DNA from: Candidatus Latescibacterota bacterium
Lineage (GTDB): Bacteria > Latescibacterota > UBA2968 > UBA8231
Length of the DNA: 64,000 nt
Assembly: GCA_964291625.2 (NCBI GenBank)
Contig: OZ220090.1
Location: forward strand, 32,001 to 96,000
Reading direction: 5' to 3'
The notes under the pieces were generated by a model that was not told the DNA's origin, ran no database searches, and worked only from the letters and a program-made list of their open reading frames with translations. Positions 48,457 through 57,499 of this stretch are shown in pieces. Made by a program: the position numbers and the translations under genes. The stretch's first letter is position 1. Each line of letters starts with the position of its first letter.

Positions 48457-51400
48457 ATGGCCAAGGTGGACCCTCACGTTCTCAGGCACCTGGAATGGAT
48501 CGGCTTCGTCCAGCCGAGCGGCCTCGTCGTCTCCGCCCCCGCGCTGGTGCGCGCCGGCGCCATCCTCGACCGGCAGGACGCCGAAGGGCAGCGGCTGCTG
48601 CGCGATTGCGTCGAGGAGAGGGTTTTCCGCCCCGACAGCGAGCCGGAACCCTGGTTGCCGGACTTCGAGACCTTCGCCAGGACCGTCCTCGGATGGAACT
48701 TCTCGCCCAAGGGCTACGCTGGCGGCGAAGATCACCCCATCCCTGACGAGCTGAGGGTAACCGCCACGGACGGAGAAACCCTCGCCCCCGACTTCGCCGT
48801 CCTCGAACGGAACCCGGAGAAAGGGGAGTCCCGCTGGCAGCTCCTGGTCCAGGCCTTGGAACCGGGACAGGACTTCGACAAGGAGGTCAAAGGCTCCGGC
48901 TCCCTCGAAGCCTCCCCCCACAGCCGGATGGAGCGGCTTCTCCGGCGTGCCGAGGTGAAGGCCGGTCTGCTGTTCAACGGCCTGGCCATCCGGCTGATCT
49001 CGGCGCCCCGGGGCGAGAGCTCCGGCTGGATGGACTTCCGCGTGAAGGAGATGGCGCAGACCTCCGGCCGGCCGATATGCGCCGCCATGCGGCTCTTGTT
49101 GGGGCAGGGCCGCCTGTTGTCGCTGCCCACCCCGAAGCGGCTGGCGGCCCTGCTCACCGACAGCCGCAGGTTCCAGAACGAAGTCAGCGAGAGGCTCGCC
49201 GAGCAGGTACTGCACGCCCTTTACGAGATGCTGCGCGGACTCCAGGCGGCCCACGACGCCTCCAAGGGCGAGCTGCTGCGGCAGACCCTCGCGGAGAATC
49301 CCGACCGCGTCTACCACTCCCTGCTCACCGTGATCCTGCGGCTCGTCTTCCTGCTCTACGCCGAAGAGCGGGACATGCTCCCGAAGAACGAGACCTTCCA
49401 GCGCTACTACTCCCTCGTGGGACTCTACGAGCGCCTCCGGGAGGACGCCGCCCTGTACCCCGACACTATGGACCAGCGCTACGGGGCCTGGGCCCAGCTG
49501 CTGGTGCTGTTCCGCCTGATCCACGACGGCGCCAGGACCGGGGAGATGAGCCTGCCCAGGCGCCACGGCGTCCTCTTCGACCCGGACCGGTTCCCCTTCC
49601 TCGAAGGCCGCCCGGAGGTGGTGGCCCGCCAGATCCACGAGCGCATCGATCCGCCCCTGGTGCCCGACGGCACCATCTACCGCGCCCTGGAGAAGCTGCT
49701 GGTCCTCGACGGCGAGCGGTTATCCTACCGGGCCCTCGACGTGGAGCAGATCGGCTCGGTCTACGAGACCATGATGGGGTTCCGCCTGGAGACCGCGAGC
49801 GGAAGGTCGGTGGCGATCAAGGCGGCCAAGAAGCAGGGCGCGCCCACGGCCGTGGACCTGGACGCCCTGGCGGAGGAACCGGGGGCCCGGCGCGACACAT
49901 GGCTCCGGGACAGCATCGGCCGGAGACTCGGCGACAGAATCAGGAGGGAGGTGAAGGAAGCCGGGAGCGTGGAGGATCTGCACGCGGCCCTCATGCCGGT
50001 GATCGAGGCCGAGGCCACCCCCGACTTGGTACCGCAGGGAGCGATGTGCTTGCAGCCCAGCGAAGAGCGCCGCCGCTCCGGCTCGCACTACACCCCGCGC
50101 GAGCTGACGGAGCCGATCGTGCGCACGACCCTGGAGCCGATCCTGGCGCGGCTTCAGGGAGAGGACGGGAGGCCCCCGAGTCCTGAACAGATCCTCGACC
50201 TCAAGGTCTGCGACCCAGCCATGGGTTCGGGTGCCTTTCTGGTGGAGGCGTGCCGCCAACTCGGCGACGCCTTGGTGGAGGCTTGGCGCGCCCACGGGGA
50301 GGTGCCGGAGATCCCGGCCGACGAGGACGAGGGGATCTTCGCCCGCCGGCTGATCGCCCAGCGCTGCCTGTACGGAGTGGACCGGAACCCGATGGCGGTC
50401 GACCTCGCCAAGGTTTCGCTATGGCTGGCCACTCTCGCCAAGGACCACCCGCTGACATTCATCGACCACGCCCTGCGGCATGGGGACTCGCTGGTCGGGC
50501 TGTCGCAGCGCCAGATCGAGGACTTCCACTGGGAACCCGGCGCCGGCGAGGCCCGATGGGGGTTCGAGAGCACGGCGGTACAGGAGCACGTGAAGAAGGT
50601 GGCCGGGCTGCGGCAGCGGATCCGCGAGGCGGGGGAGGAGACCGCCGACTGGGAGCTGCGAGACCTGTGGGACGAGGCCCGGCACGAGTTGGGCGAGGTG
50701 CGGCTCTTCGGCGATTTGGTGACGGCCGCCTTCTTCGAGGGGGCCAAGTCGAAGCAGCGGCAGGCGAAGCTCCACGAGTACGACCAAGTGGTTTACGTAG
50801 GCAAGGCCGGGCAGTACCGGGATCGGCTGCAGGAGCAACGCCGCGCCGATCCGCCGCTGGCTCCCTTCCATTGGGAGGTAGAGTTCCCGGAGGTCTTCCA
50901 CCAGGAGAATCCGGGGTTCGACGCCATCGTGGGAAACCCGCCGTTCGCTGGCAAGAACACCGTGGCCAAGGCCAACGTTCCCCGCTATCTGGATTGGTTG
51001 AAGCAGGTCCACGAGGGAAGCCACGGCAACGCCGACCTCGTGGCCCACTTCTTCCGCCGGGCCTTCGATCACGCACGCAAGGACGGTACCTTCGGCCTGA
51101 TCGCCACCAACACCATCGCCCAGGGGGATACGCGCTCCACCGGGCTGCGCTGGATCTGCGAGAACGGTGGGGAGATCTACCAGGCGCGCAGGCGGGTCAA
51201 GTGGCCTGGGCTTGCCGCGGTGGTGGTGAGTGTGCTCCACGTTCACAGGGGGCCGTTCAGTGGAGCAAAACGACTCGATGACGAGGTGACGGATACGATC
51301 ACGGCCTTTCTCTTCAACGGCGGCGGCCACGAAGACCCTGAGCGCCTCAAGGCCAACACGGGCAAGAGTTATGTCGGCAGCTACGTTCTCGGGATGGGGT

Positions 51401-52479
51401 TCACCTTCGACGACACCAACAAGAACGGAGTCGCCTCATCGCTGGCCGAGATGCACCGACTCATCGAGCGAGATCCTCGGAATCAGGAGGTGATCTTCCC
51501 TTATATCGGAGGCGAGGAGGTGAACACCAGCCCGATCCATGCCCATCACCGCTACGTCATCAACTTCCGCCACTATCCCTTGCGCCGGGATGACCTGGGC
51601 AAACGATGGGCGACCGCGGACAAAAACCAGTGCCGAGAATGGCTGCGGCAGGGAATCGTGCCTCTCGACTATCCGTCACCGGTGGCGGAGGATTGGTCGG
51701 AGTTGCTGGCGATTGTTGAGGAGAGGGTAAAGCCAGATCGCGCCAAGCTCACGAAGAACGCCATTGGACGACAACGTGCCGCATTCTGGTGGCGGTACGG
51801 CTCGACAGCAAAGGAACTCTACGCTGCTGCCACAGACTTGAAGCGGGTTCTGGCGATCTCACGGGTCGGTCAGCAAGCGGCCTTCGCATTCCTGCCCACA
51901 GATACGGTCTACGCGGAGACAACCATTGTCTTCCCCCTCGACACCTACGCCGTCTTCTGTGCCCTCCAGGCCCGTCCTCACGAGATCTGGGCACGCTTCT
52001 TCGGGTCATCGATGAAGGATGACCTCCGCTACACCCCCTCCGACTGCTTCGAGACCTTCCCCTTCCCCCGCCGCTGGAGAACCCACCCAGCCCTCGAAGC
52101 CGCCGGCCAAGCCTACTACGACTTCCGCGCCAGCCTCATGGTCCGCAACGACGAAGGCCTGACCAAGACCTACAACCGCTTCCACGACCCTGACGAAGAC
52201 GACCCCGACATCGCCAAACTCCGCGAGCTGCACGCCGCAATGGACCGGGTCGTACTCGATGCGTATGGTTGGAAGGAGATCCCCACCCACTGCGAGTTCC
52301 TCCTCGACTACGAGATCGACGACGAAGAGGGGACCAAACGCAAGAAACCCTACCGCTACCGCTGGCCCGACGACACCCGGGACGACGTCCTTGCCCGCCT
52401 CCTCGAGCTGAACGCCCAGCGCCCCAAGCGGGAGAGCGGCACCAAACCGGCCTACTGGGACGATGAAACCGATGAGTAG
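48457..52479 (+). CDS. drmMI: DISARM N6-adenine DNA methyltransferase
   Basis: SGSHYTP, DPAMGSGAFL (motif I), GNPPF (motif IV), C-terminal GLTKTYNRFHDP; follows drmD. Confidence 0.88.
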   Translation: MAKVDPHVLRHLEWIGFVQPSGLVVSAPALVRAGAILDRQDAEGQRLLRDCVEERVFRPDSEPEPWLPDFETFARTVLGWNFSPKGYAGGEDHPIPDELRVTATDGETLAPDFAVLERNPEKGESRWQLLVQALEPGQDFDKEVKGSGSLEASPHSRMERLLRRAEVKAGLLFNGLAIRLISAPRGESSGWMDFRVKEMAQTSGRPICAAMRLLLGQGRLLSLPTPKRLAALLTDSRRFQNEVSERLAEQVLHALYEMLRGLQAAHDASKGELLRQTLAENPDRVYHSLLTVILRLVFLLYAEERDMLPKNETFQRYYSLVGLYERLREDAALYPDTMDQRYGAWAQLLVLFRLIHDGARTGEMSLPRRHGVLFDPDRFPFLEGRPEVVARQIHERIDPPLVPDGTIYRALEKLLVLDGERLSYRALDVEQIGSVYETMMGFRLETASGRSVAIKAAKKQGAPTAVDLDALAEEPGARRDTWLRDSIGRRLGDRIRREVKEAGSVEDLHAALMPVIEAEATPDLVPQGAMCLQPSEERRRSGSHYTPRELTEPIVRTTLEPILARLQGEDGRPPSPEQILDLKVCDPAMGSGAFLVEACRQLGDALVEAWRAHGEVPEIPADEDEGIFARRLIAQRCLYGVDRNPMAVDLAKVSLWLATLAKDHPLTFIDHALRHGDSLVGLSQRQIEDFHWEPGAGEARWGFESTAVQEHVKKVAGLRQRIREAGEETADWELRDLWDEARHELGEVRLFGDLVTAAFFEGAKSKQRQAKLHEYDQVVYVGKAGQYRDRLQEQRRADPPLAPFHWEVEFPEVFHQENPGFDAIVGNPPFAGKNTVAKANVPRYLDWLKQVHEGSHGNADLVAHFFRRAFDHARKDGTFGLIATNTIAQGDTRSTGLRWICENGGEIYQARRRVKWPGLAAVVVSVLHVHRGPFSGAKRLDDEVTDTITAFLFNGGGHEDPERLKANTGKSYVGSYVLGMGFTFDDTNKNGVASSLAEMHRLIERDPRNQEVIFPYIGGEEVNTSPIHAHHRYVINFRHYPLRRDDLGKRWATADKNQCREWLRQGIVPLDYPSPVAEDWSELLAIVEERVKPDRAKLTKNAIGRQRAAFWWRYGSTAKELYAAATDLKRVLAISRVGQQAAFAFLPTDTVYAETTIVFPLDTYAVFCALQARPHEIWARFFGSSMKDDLRYTPSDCFETFPFPRRWRTHPALEAAGQAYYDFRASLMVRNDEGLTKTYNRFHDPDEDDPDIAKLRELHAAMDRVVLDAYGWKEIPTHCEFLLDYEIDDEEGTKRKKPYRYRWPDDTRDDVLARLLELNAQRPKRESGTKPAYWDDETDE

Positions 52480-52717
52480 GCCTCTGGGGAATCCCCCGGC
52501 CAAGAGGGCTAACTGGCCTTGCACCTTCTCGCGGAGGTCTGCGCCTCGCTGGGGTAGGCCGCGGCGATGGCCTCGCGGACTCCGGCCGCCGTGCTGGCCA
52601 CATGGCTTGGCTCTTGTCGGTCGGAGGAGTAGCGGGACACCGGCGAGGCTCAAGGGTTGCAGAGAGGTAGAATATGCCGACGGGGTGAGTGCAACCCACC
52701 CGGCGACACATCGCATG

Positions 52718-52884
52718 GACAGCGGCACTGAGGCATTCTGGGATTGATCTTCGTTGCGCATACGCAACGAGCGGAACACAATGGGTAGCTTTACGCGGCC
52801 GGGTTCTCCGGCAGGTCCCTTTCGTTCCCGGCGTTCTGCGTGGAGCGAAGGGCAGAATCCACAGAAGCCTCAGATGTCGCTGTC
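52718..52884 (+). ncRNA. Retron ncRNA (msr-msd) candidate
   Basis: a1/a2 arms 52718-52745 and 52856-52884 form 27 bp (one G-U, three single-A bulges). Unpaired G52746 follows the stem. Perfect 8-bp hairpin TCGTTGCG-CATA-CGCAACGA (52751-52770); msd-like hairpin 52817-52852; ends 20 nt before the RT ATG. Confidence 0.8.
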
Positions 52885-52904
52885 TCGGAGTATGGAGTGG
52901 GCAT

Positions 52905-54569
52905 ATGACGAGGAACCTCAGGCGTCCAGATCCAGAGTTGCTTGAGTGCTTCTCCCGATTGGTGACGGCCCGGGATGTAGCAAGACTACTGGAAGTCAGC
53001 TATCCTGATCTGACATGGCATCTCTACAGACGTGGCATGTCAACGAATTACAGGTCCTTCGAGATCCAGAAGCGAGCGGGTGGGAGCAGGCGCATTGCAG
53101 CGCCCATCAGTCCTCTGAAGATCCTTCAGGCAAAGCTGGCGCATGTGCTTCAACTGGTCTATAGGGTGCGGAGGCCCGTACATGGGTTTGCTTTGGGAAG
53201 GAGCATCGTCTCGAATGCGAAGCATCATGTAGGAAAGTCATTCGTCCTGAACGTTGACCTGGAGCGCTTTTTCCCATCGATAAACTTCGGGCGCGTTCGA
53301 GGAATGCTCATGGCTACTCCGTACAATGTCCCCGAGAGAGCAGCGACGGTTCTCGCCCATATGTGCTGCTTCGAGAACGAGTTGCCCCAGGGTGCCCCGA
53401 CTTCACCAGTGGTCTCGAATATGGTTTGCGGAAAGTTGGACAGTGAATTGCATCGCCTCGCACGACGCAACAGGTGTGTGTATACCCGCTATGCAGACGA
53501 CCTGTCGTTCTCTCCGTGGAATCCCTCCGTGAGTCGGTTTCCCTCGGCACTGGCAAAGATTGACTTCATTGACAATAGGATGGATGTCCAACTTGGTGAT
53601 GGGTTGAAGGGTGTGATAGAAGATGCGGGGTTCAGAATCAATCTCAGTAAGGTGAGACTGATGCGGGGATCCAAGTCACAGATTGTGACGGGTCTACAAG
53701 TCAACTCACACGTAAACGTTCGCCAGCGTTGGCTTCGTGATTTGCGGGGTTTGCTTCATGCGTGGGAGAAGTATGGACTGCGGCGCGCTGAGGAGGTCTT
53801 CCACAGGAAGTACTGGCGGAAGCGGGCCAATGTGCGGAGCGGAGACAATGGTGGCCCCCCTTTGGACTACGTGGTTGCAGGCAAACTCGCCTTTCTTCGT
53901 CAGGTCCGAGGTCATAGGGATCCGCGATACCGCTGGCTGTGCAATTGGTACGATCGCCTTCGGGGGGAGAAGGAACGCTTCCGGTTCGTACCATGTCGCG
54001 AATCCGCCGATGCGGTGTGGGTGGTGGAGACAGAGGACAGGAAAGTTTGTCGCAACCGGCAAGGGACTGCTTTTCTGGTTGAGGATGTTGGTTTCGTGAC
54101 ATGCAATCACGTTGTAAAGGACGTGGAACGGATCTGGCTTTTCAGACCTGATAGTGAGAATAGTCGATTTGAGGCCGTGGTGGATAGGAGCGACTCTCAC
54201 CGCGACATTGCCTTGCTGTCTGCTGCTGGAGTGCCCCCGAGCGCATCACTATCGTTGGGTGATAGAAGTAGCGGCCAGGTTGGTGACCTGGTACAGATAC
54301 CCGGCTATCCGGATTATGCTCCTGGCGCTCAGCTGTCATCTCTGGAGGCAAGAGTCACCGAGGTGAGGGTTGAACTTTGCGTGGAGAAGATCCGGTTCGA
54401 GACAGCGATCCTGGCTGGGAGATCGGGAGCACCCGTGGTCGATGCCACTGGGGTCGTGATCGGGATTGCTGAGCGAGGGGCACCGGACGTCGACCAGGGC
54501 CAGGAGACAACGCGTCATAATGCAATCCATGTTCGCGAGCTGTTGGCCATGATTGCTGAGGGGGTTTAG
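52905..54569 (+). CDS. Retron reverse transcriptase fused to a C-terminal trypsin-like serine protease (retron type XI architecture)
   Basis: GGAG RBS before ATG 52905. Region X NAKHH, DLERFFPSI, LPQGAPTSP, YTRYADD, region Y VTG; protease triad VTCNHVV / RDIALL / AGRSGAPV. Confidence 0.9.
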   Translation: MTRNLRRPDPELLECFSRLVTARDVARLLEVSYPDLTWHLYRRGMSTNYRSFEIQKRAGGSRRIAAPISPLKILQAKLAHVLQLVYRVRRPVHGFALGRSIVSNAKHHVGKSFVLNVDLERFFPSINFGRVRGMLMATPYNVPERAATVLAHMCCFENELPQGAPTSPVVSNMVCGKLDSELHRLARRNRCVYTRYADDLSFSPWNPSVSRFPSALAKIDFIDNRMDVQLGDGLKGVIEDAGFRINLSKVRLMRGSKSQIVTGLQVNSHVNVRQRWLRDLRGLLHAWEKYGLRRAEEVFHRKYWRKRANVRSGDNGGPPLDYVVAGKLAFLRQVRGHRDPRYRWLCNWYDRLRGEKERFRFVPCRESADAVWVVETEDRKVCRNRQGTAFLVEDVGFVTCNHVVKDVERIWLFRPDSENSRFEAVVDRSDSHRDIALLSAAGVPPSASLSLGDRSSGQVGDLVQIPGYPDYAPGAQLSSLEARVTEVRVELCVEKIRFETAILAGRSGAPVVDATGVVIGIAERGAPDVDQGQETTRHNAIHVRELLAMIAEGV

Positions 54570-54837
54570 GAAGACCCGAAGGTGAGACTGGGGGTGTGCA
54601 ATTGGGCCTGAGTGTAGAGCTCTATGTGGGGAATCCTGGCAGAGCCTTTTCGGGACGGGATTAGGTGCGGGCATAGAGTGGAGGCCGATTGCTGATGTCT
54701 CCGTTTGGTTGCCCTCCTGAGGAGTGGCTCCCCGAGCCCGGCCTTCTGGTGTCGACTCTGTGGACCCTGATTCTGTGACGGAGGGTTGACCCCCATTGGT
54801 AGGGCACTGGATGGGATGACTGCATGAAGAAGGTGAG

Positions 54838-55365
54838 ATGGTAGAGTACACGACAGGCAGTGTCCTTGAGGAGGAAGTGGAAGCCCTCGTCAACATCGTC
54901 AACTGCGTCGGCGTCATGGGCAGGGGGATCGCCCTTCAATTCAGACAGGCTTGGCCTGAGAACTTCAAGGCATATCAAGCCGCCTGCTGCAAGAAGGAAG
55001 TTCGGCCCGGGCGCATGTTCGTGTTCGACACGGGACAGTTCGTCTCCCCGCGCTATATCATCAACTTCCCGACCAAGCGACACTGGCGAGACAGGTCTAG
55101 AATCGAAGACATCGACGCGGGTCTGGAAGCGCTGGTTGCCGAAGTCCGGGCTCGGGGGATCGGCTCGATCGCTGTCCCTGCCTTGGGCGCCGGGCTCGGC
55201 GGACTCGAATGGGCAGATGTCCGGTGGCGGATCGATCGGGCAATGGATGCCCTTCCGGACGTAAGAGCGGTGGTCTTCGAGCCGCATGAGGCTGCTGAGG
55301 TCGTCGGTGGTCAGCAAGGGCCGAAGGTGCCAGGAGTGGCGGTGGGCGAGAGCAAGGATGGGTGA
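54838..55365 (+). CDS. Stand-alone DarG-like macrodomain (ADP-ribosylglycohydrolase)
   Basis: VNIVNCVGVMGRGIALQF, IINFPTKRHW, SIAVPALGAGLGGLEW. Confidence 0.8.
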   Translation: MVEYTTGSVLEEEVEALVNIVNCVGVMGRGIALQFRQAWPENFKAYQAACCKKEVRPGRMFVFDTGQFVSPRYIINFPTKRHWRDRSRIEDIDAGLEALVAEVRARGIGSIAVPALGAGLGGLEWADVRWRIDRAMDALPDVRAVVFEPHEAAEVVGGQQGPKVPGVAVGESKDG

Positions 55366-55368
55366 GAG

Positions 55369-56613
55369 ATGGCTGATCAAGACAGATGTGCAAGATCACC
55401 AGCGGAAGCCGACCCGAGAATCATCAGGCGGGTCGCCCTGCGAAATTACAGGAGCATCGCCGCCTGCAATGTCCAACTGACGCCGCTGACCATCCTGGTA
55501 GGCGCCAACGGAGCGGGCAAGAGCAACTTCCTCGACGCGCTACGCTTCACCGCCCAGGCCCTGCGGTTCTCCCTGGACCACGCTCTGCGCGAGAGAGGGG
55601 GGATCAACGAGGTCCGACGGCGGTCCCGCGGTCATCCGAATCACTTTGCCATACACCTTGATCTCCGGCTTCCGGAGACCACGGGCTGGTATGCCTTCGA
55701 AGTGGGCGCCCAGTCGAAGGGACGCTTTGTCGTAAGGCGGGAAGAGTGCATGGCCAAAGGGAGCGACAGCAACCGGTCAGAGTTCTTCAAGACAGAGAAC
55801 GGGCAGCCGGTCAGCACCTCCATGAGCCATCCGCCGGGGGCGGGAGATGACCGTCTCTACCTGATGCAGGTAGCCGGTTACCCGGCCTTCCGCCCGTTCT
55901 ACGAGGCCTTGGCGGGAATGGGCTTCTATAGCATCCACCCGGAACAGATCCGGGAACTTCAGTCGCCGGATCCGGGGGAGCTTCTCAGGCAGGACGGCAG
56001 CAATGTCGCCAGCGTACTGGCGAATTTGAAGGCGGGGGCCCCGGAAAGTGCGGAGCGGGTTTCCAAGTATCTGTCAAAGGTGGTTCCAGGCACCGTAGGC
56101 GTCGAGTCGAAGACGGTGGGCCCCAAGGTAACCGTGGAGTTTCGACAGCAGGTTGCAGGCGACCACAGTCCCTGGCGTTTCCTCGCCAACAACGTCTCCG
56201 ACGGTACGTTGAGGGTTTTCGGCGTGCTCATGGCCCTCTACCAGGTCGCTGGCATGGATTCGGGCAAGGCGAAGCTGATCGGGATCGAGGAGCCGGAGGG
56301 CTGTCTTCATCCAGCGGCAGGCGCGGTGCTCACCGACGTGCTGCGTGAGGCGAGCGACAAGACGCAGGTGATCGTCACCAGCCACAGTGCCGATCTGCTG
56401 GACCGGGATACGATCCCGTTGGAGTCCATCCTGGCGGTGGTCCATGAGCATGGAGAGACGCGGCTTGGTCCCCTCGACGAAGCAGGGCGGTCGGCCCTCC
56501 GAGAGCATCTGTTCACCGCCGGGGAGTTGCTTCGCATGGATCAGTTGACACCCGATCCGGCGCTCTCAAGGCCAACTCAGTTGAGCATGTTCGGCCGAGG
56601 CCGCGACATGTGA
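55369..56613 (+). CDS. ABC-type (AAA_21/AAA_15-like) ATPase
   Basis: Walker A GANGAGKS, signature VSDGTLR, Walker B IEEPE..LHP, H-loop VTSHS. Confidence 0.85.
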   Translation: MADQDRCARSPAEADPRIIRRVALRNYRSIAACNVQLTPLTILVGANGAGKSNFLDALRFTAQALRFSLDHALRERGGINEVRRRSRGHPNHFAIHLDLRLPETTGWYAFEVGAQSKGRFVVRREECMAKGSDSNRSEFFKTENGQPVSTSMSHPPGAGDDRLYLMQVAGYPAFRPFYEALAGMGFYSIHPEQIRELQSPDPGELLRQDGSNVASVLANLKAGAPESAERVSKYLSKVVPGTVGVESKTVGPKVTVEFRQQVAGDHSPWRFLANNVSDGTLRVFGVLMALYQVAGMDSGKAKLIGIEEPEGCLHPAAGAVLTDVLREASDKTQVIVTSHSADLLDRDTIPLESILAVVHEHGETRLGPLDEAGRSALREHLFTAGELLRMDQLTPDPALSRPTQLSMFGRGRDM

Positions 56614-56614
56614 C

Positions 56615-57178
56615 ATGGCGAGAATCATCTCTATCGTTGAAGGGCACGCTGAGGTCGAGGCCGTCCCGGTCCTGATTCGAAGGATCAGCACGGCGATCTC
56701 CCCCTTGGACCCTCCGGAAGTTCTGAAACCAATCCGCGCGCCTCGCCAGCGAGTCCTCAAGGAGGGCCACCTGGAACGCTACCTGAGCCTGGCAGCGGAT
56801 CGCGTAGAGGAAGATGGCCGCATCCTGATTCTACTGGACGCGCACGAGGATTGCCCGGCGGAACTGGGTCCGAGCATTCTTCAGCGGGCCCAGGAGGCCA
56901 GACCGGACCGGAACATCCAGACCGTGCTGGCAAAGCACGAGTATGAGGCGTGGTTTGTCGCGGTGCTTGAGTCGATTGCAGGTACGCCGGACGTTCCGTC
57001 CCCGCAAGATCCAGAGTCGATTCAGGGAGCCAAGGAGTGGCTTCGGCGAACGTGTCCCCCGTACAGTCCGACAGCAGATCAAGCGTCGCTGACCGCGAGG
57101 TTCGACATGGAGTTGGCGCGCCAACGCTCACCCTCATTCGACAAGATGTGGCGCGCGGTGGTCGCGTTACTGCAATGA
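56615..57178 (+). CDS. DUF4276-family (TOPRIM-like) protein
   Basis: IVEGHAE, ILLDAHEDCP, EYEAWF, PESIQGAKEWL, RSPSFDK; starts 1 nt after the ATPase stop. Confidence 0.7.
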   Translation: MARIISIVEGHAEVEAVPVLIRRISTAISPLDPPEVLKPIRAPRQRVLKEGHLERYLSLAADRVEEDGRILILLDAHEDCPAELGPSILQRAQEARPDRNIQTVLAKHEYEAWFVAVLESIAGTPDVPSPQDPESIQGAKEWLRRTCPPYSPTADQASLTARFDMELARQRSPSFDKMWRAVVALLQ

Positions 57179-57201
57179 GTCAGGATGACAGGGGAGGTCG
57201 C

Positions 57202-57480
57202 ATGAGCAGGAGATGGCCAGTCCAAGACGCCAAGATGCGATTCAGCGAACTCCTAGATGCAACTCTTGCCGAGGGGCCCCAGATCGTCACCAAGCGAGGT
57301 GTCGAGACCGCTGTGCTCCTTCCCATTGAGCAGTGGCGCAGGATGGAGCGCATGACCAGACCCAACCTGAAGGAACTCCTTCTTGTATCCGGAGCGCGCA
57401 CCGACAACCTCACTCCACCGCGCCAGCAGCGCCGCCGTCGGAACAGTGAGGATACGTCCTCGGTCGAAGTGGCGGAGTGA
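57202..57480 (+). CDS. Phd/YefM-family antitoxin (no adjacent toxin)
   Basis: GGAGG RBS; WPVQDAKMRFSELLD....GPQIVTKRG.ETAVLL. Confidence 0.8.
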   Translation: MSRRWPVQDAKMRFSELLDATLAEGPQIVTKRGVETAVLLPIEQWRRMERMTRPNLKELLLVSGARTDNLTPPRQQRRRRNSEDTSSVEVAE

Positions 57481-57499
57481 GGCCCACTTTGGTGAATCC

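Noticed and set aside
52510-52602. Minus-strand peptide VASTAAGVREAIAAAYPSEAQ faintly like an IS256 transposase segment
   Set aside because: Too short; no terminal repeats or other transposase motifs.
52689-52904. 72-aa N-terminal extension of the RT in the ORF track
   Set aside because: Runs through the structured ncRNA; ATG 52905 has an RBS and gives a normal retron RT N-terminus.
52905-54569. Group II intron, DGR or CRISPR-associated RT interpretation
   Set aside because: No intron domain V/VI, no template/variable repeat pair, no cas genes; retron-specific NAxxH and VTG motifs and the ncRNA are present.
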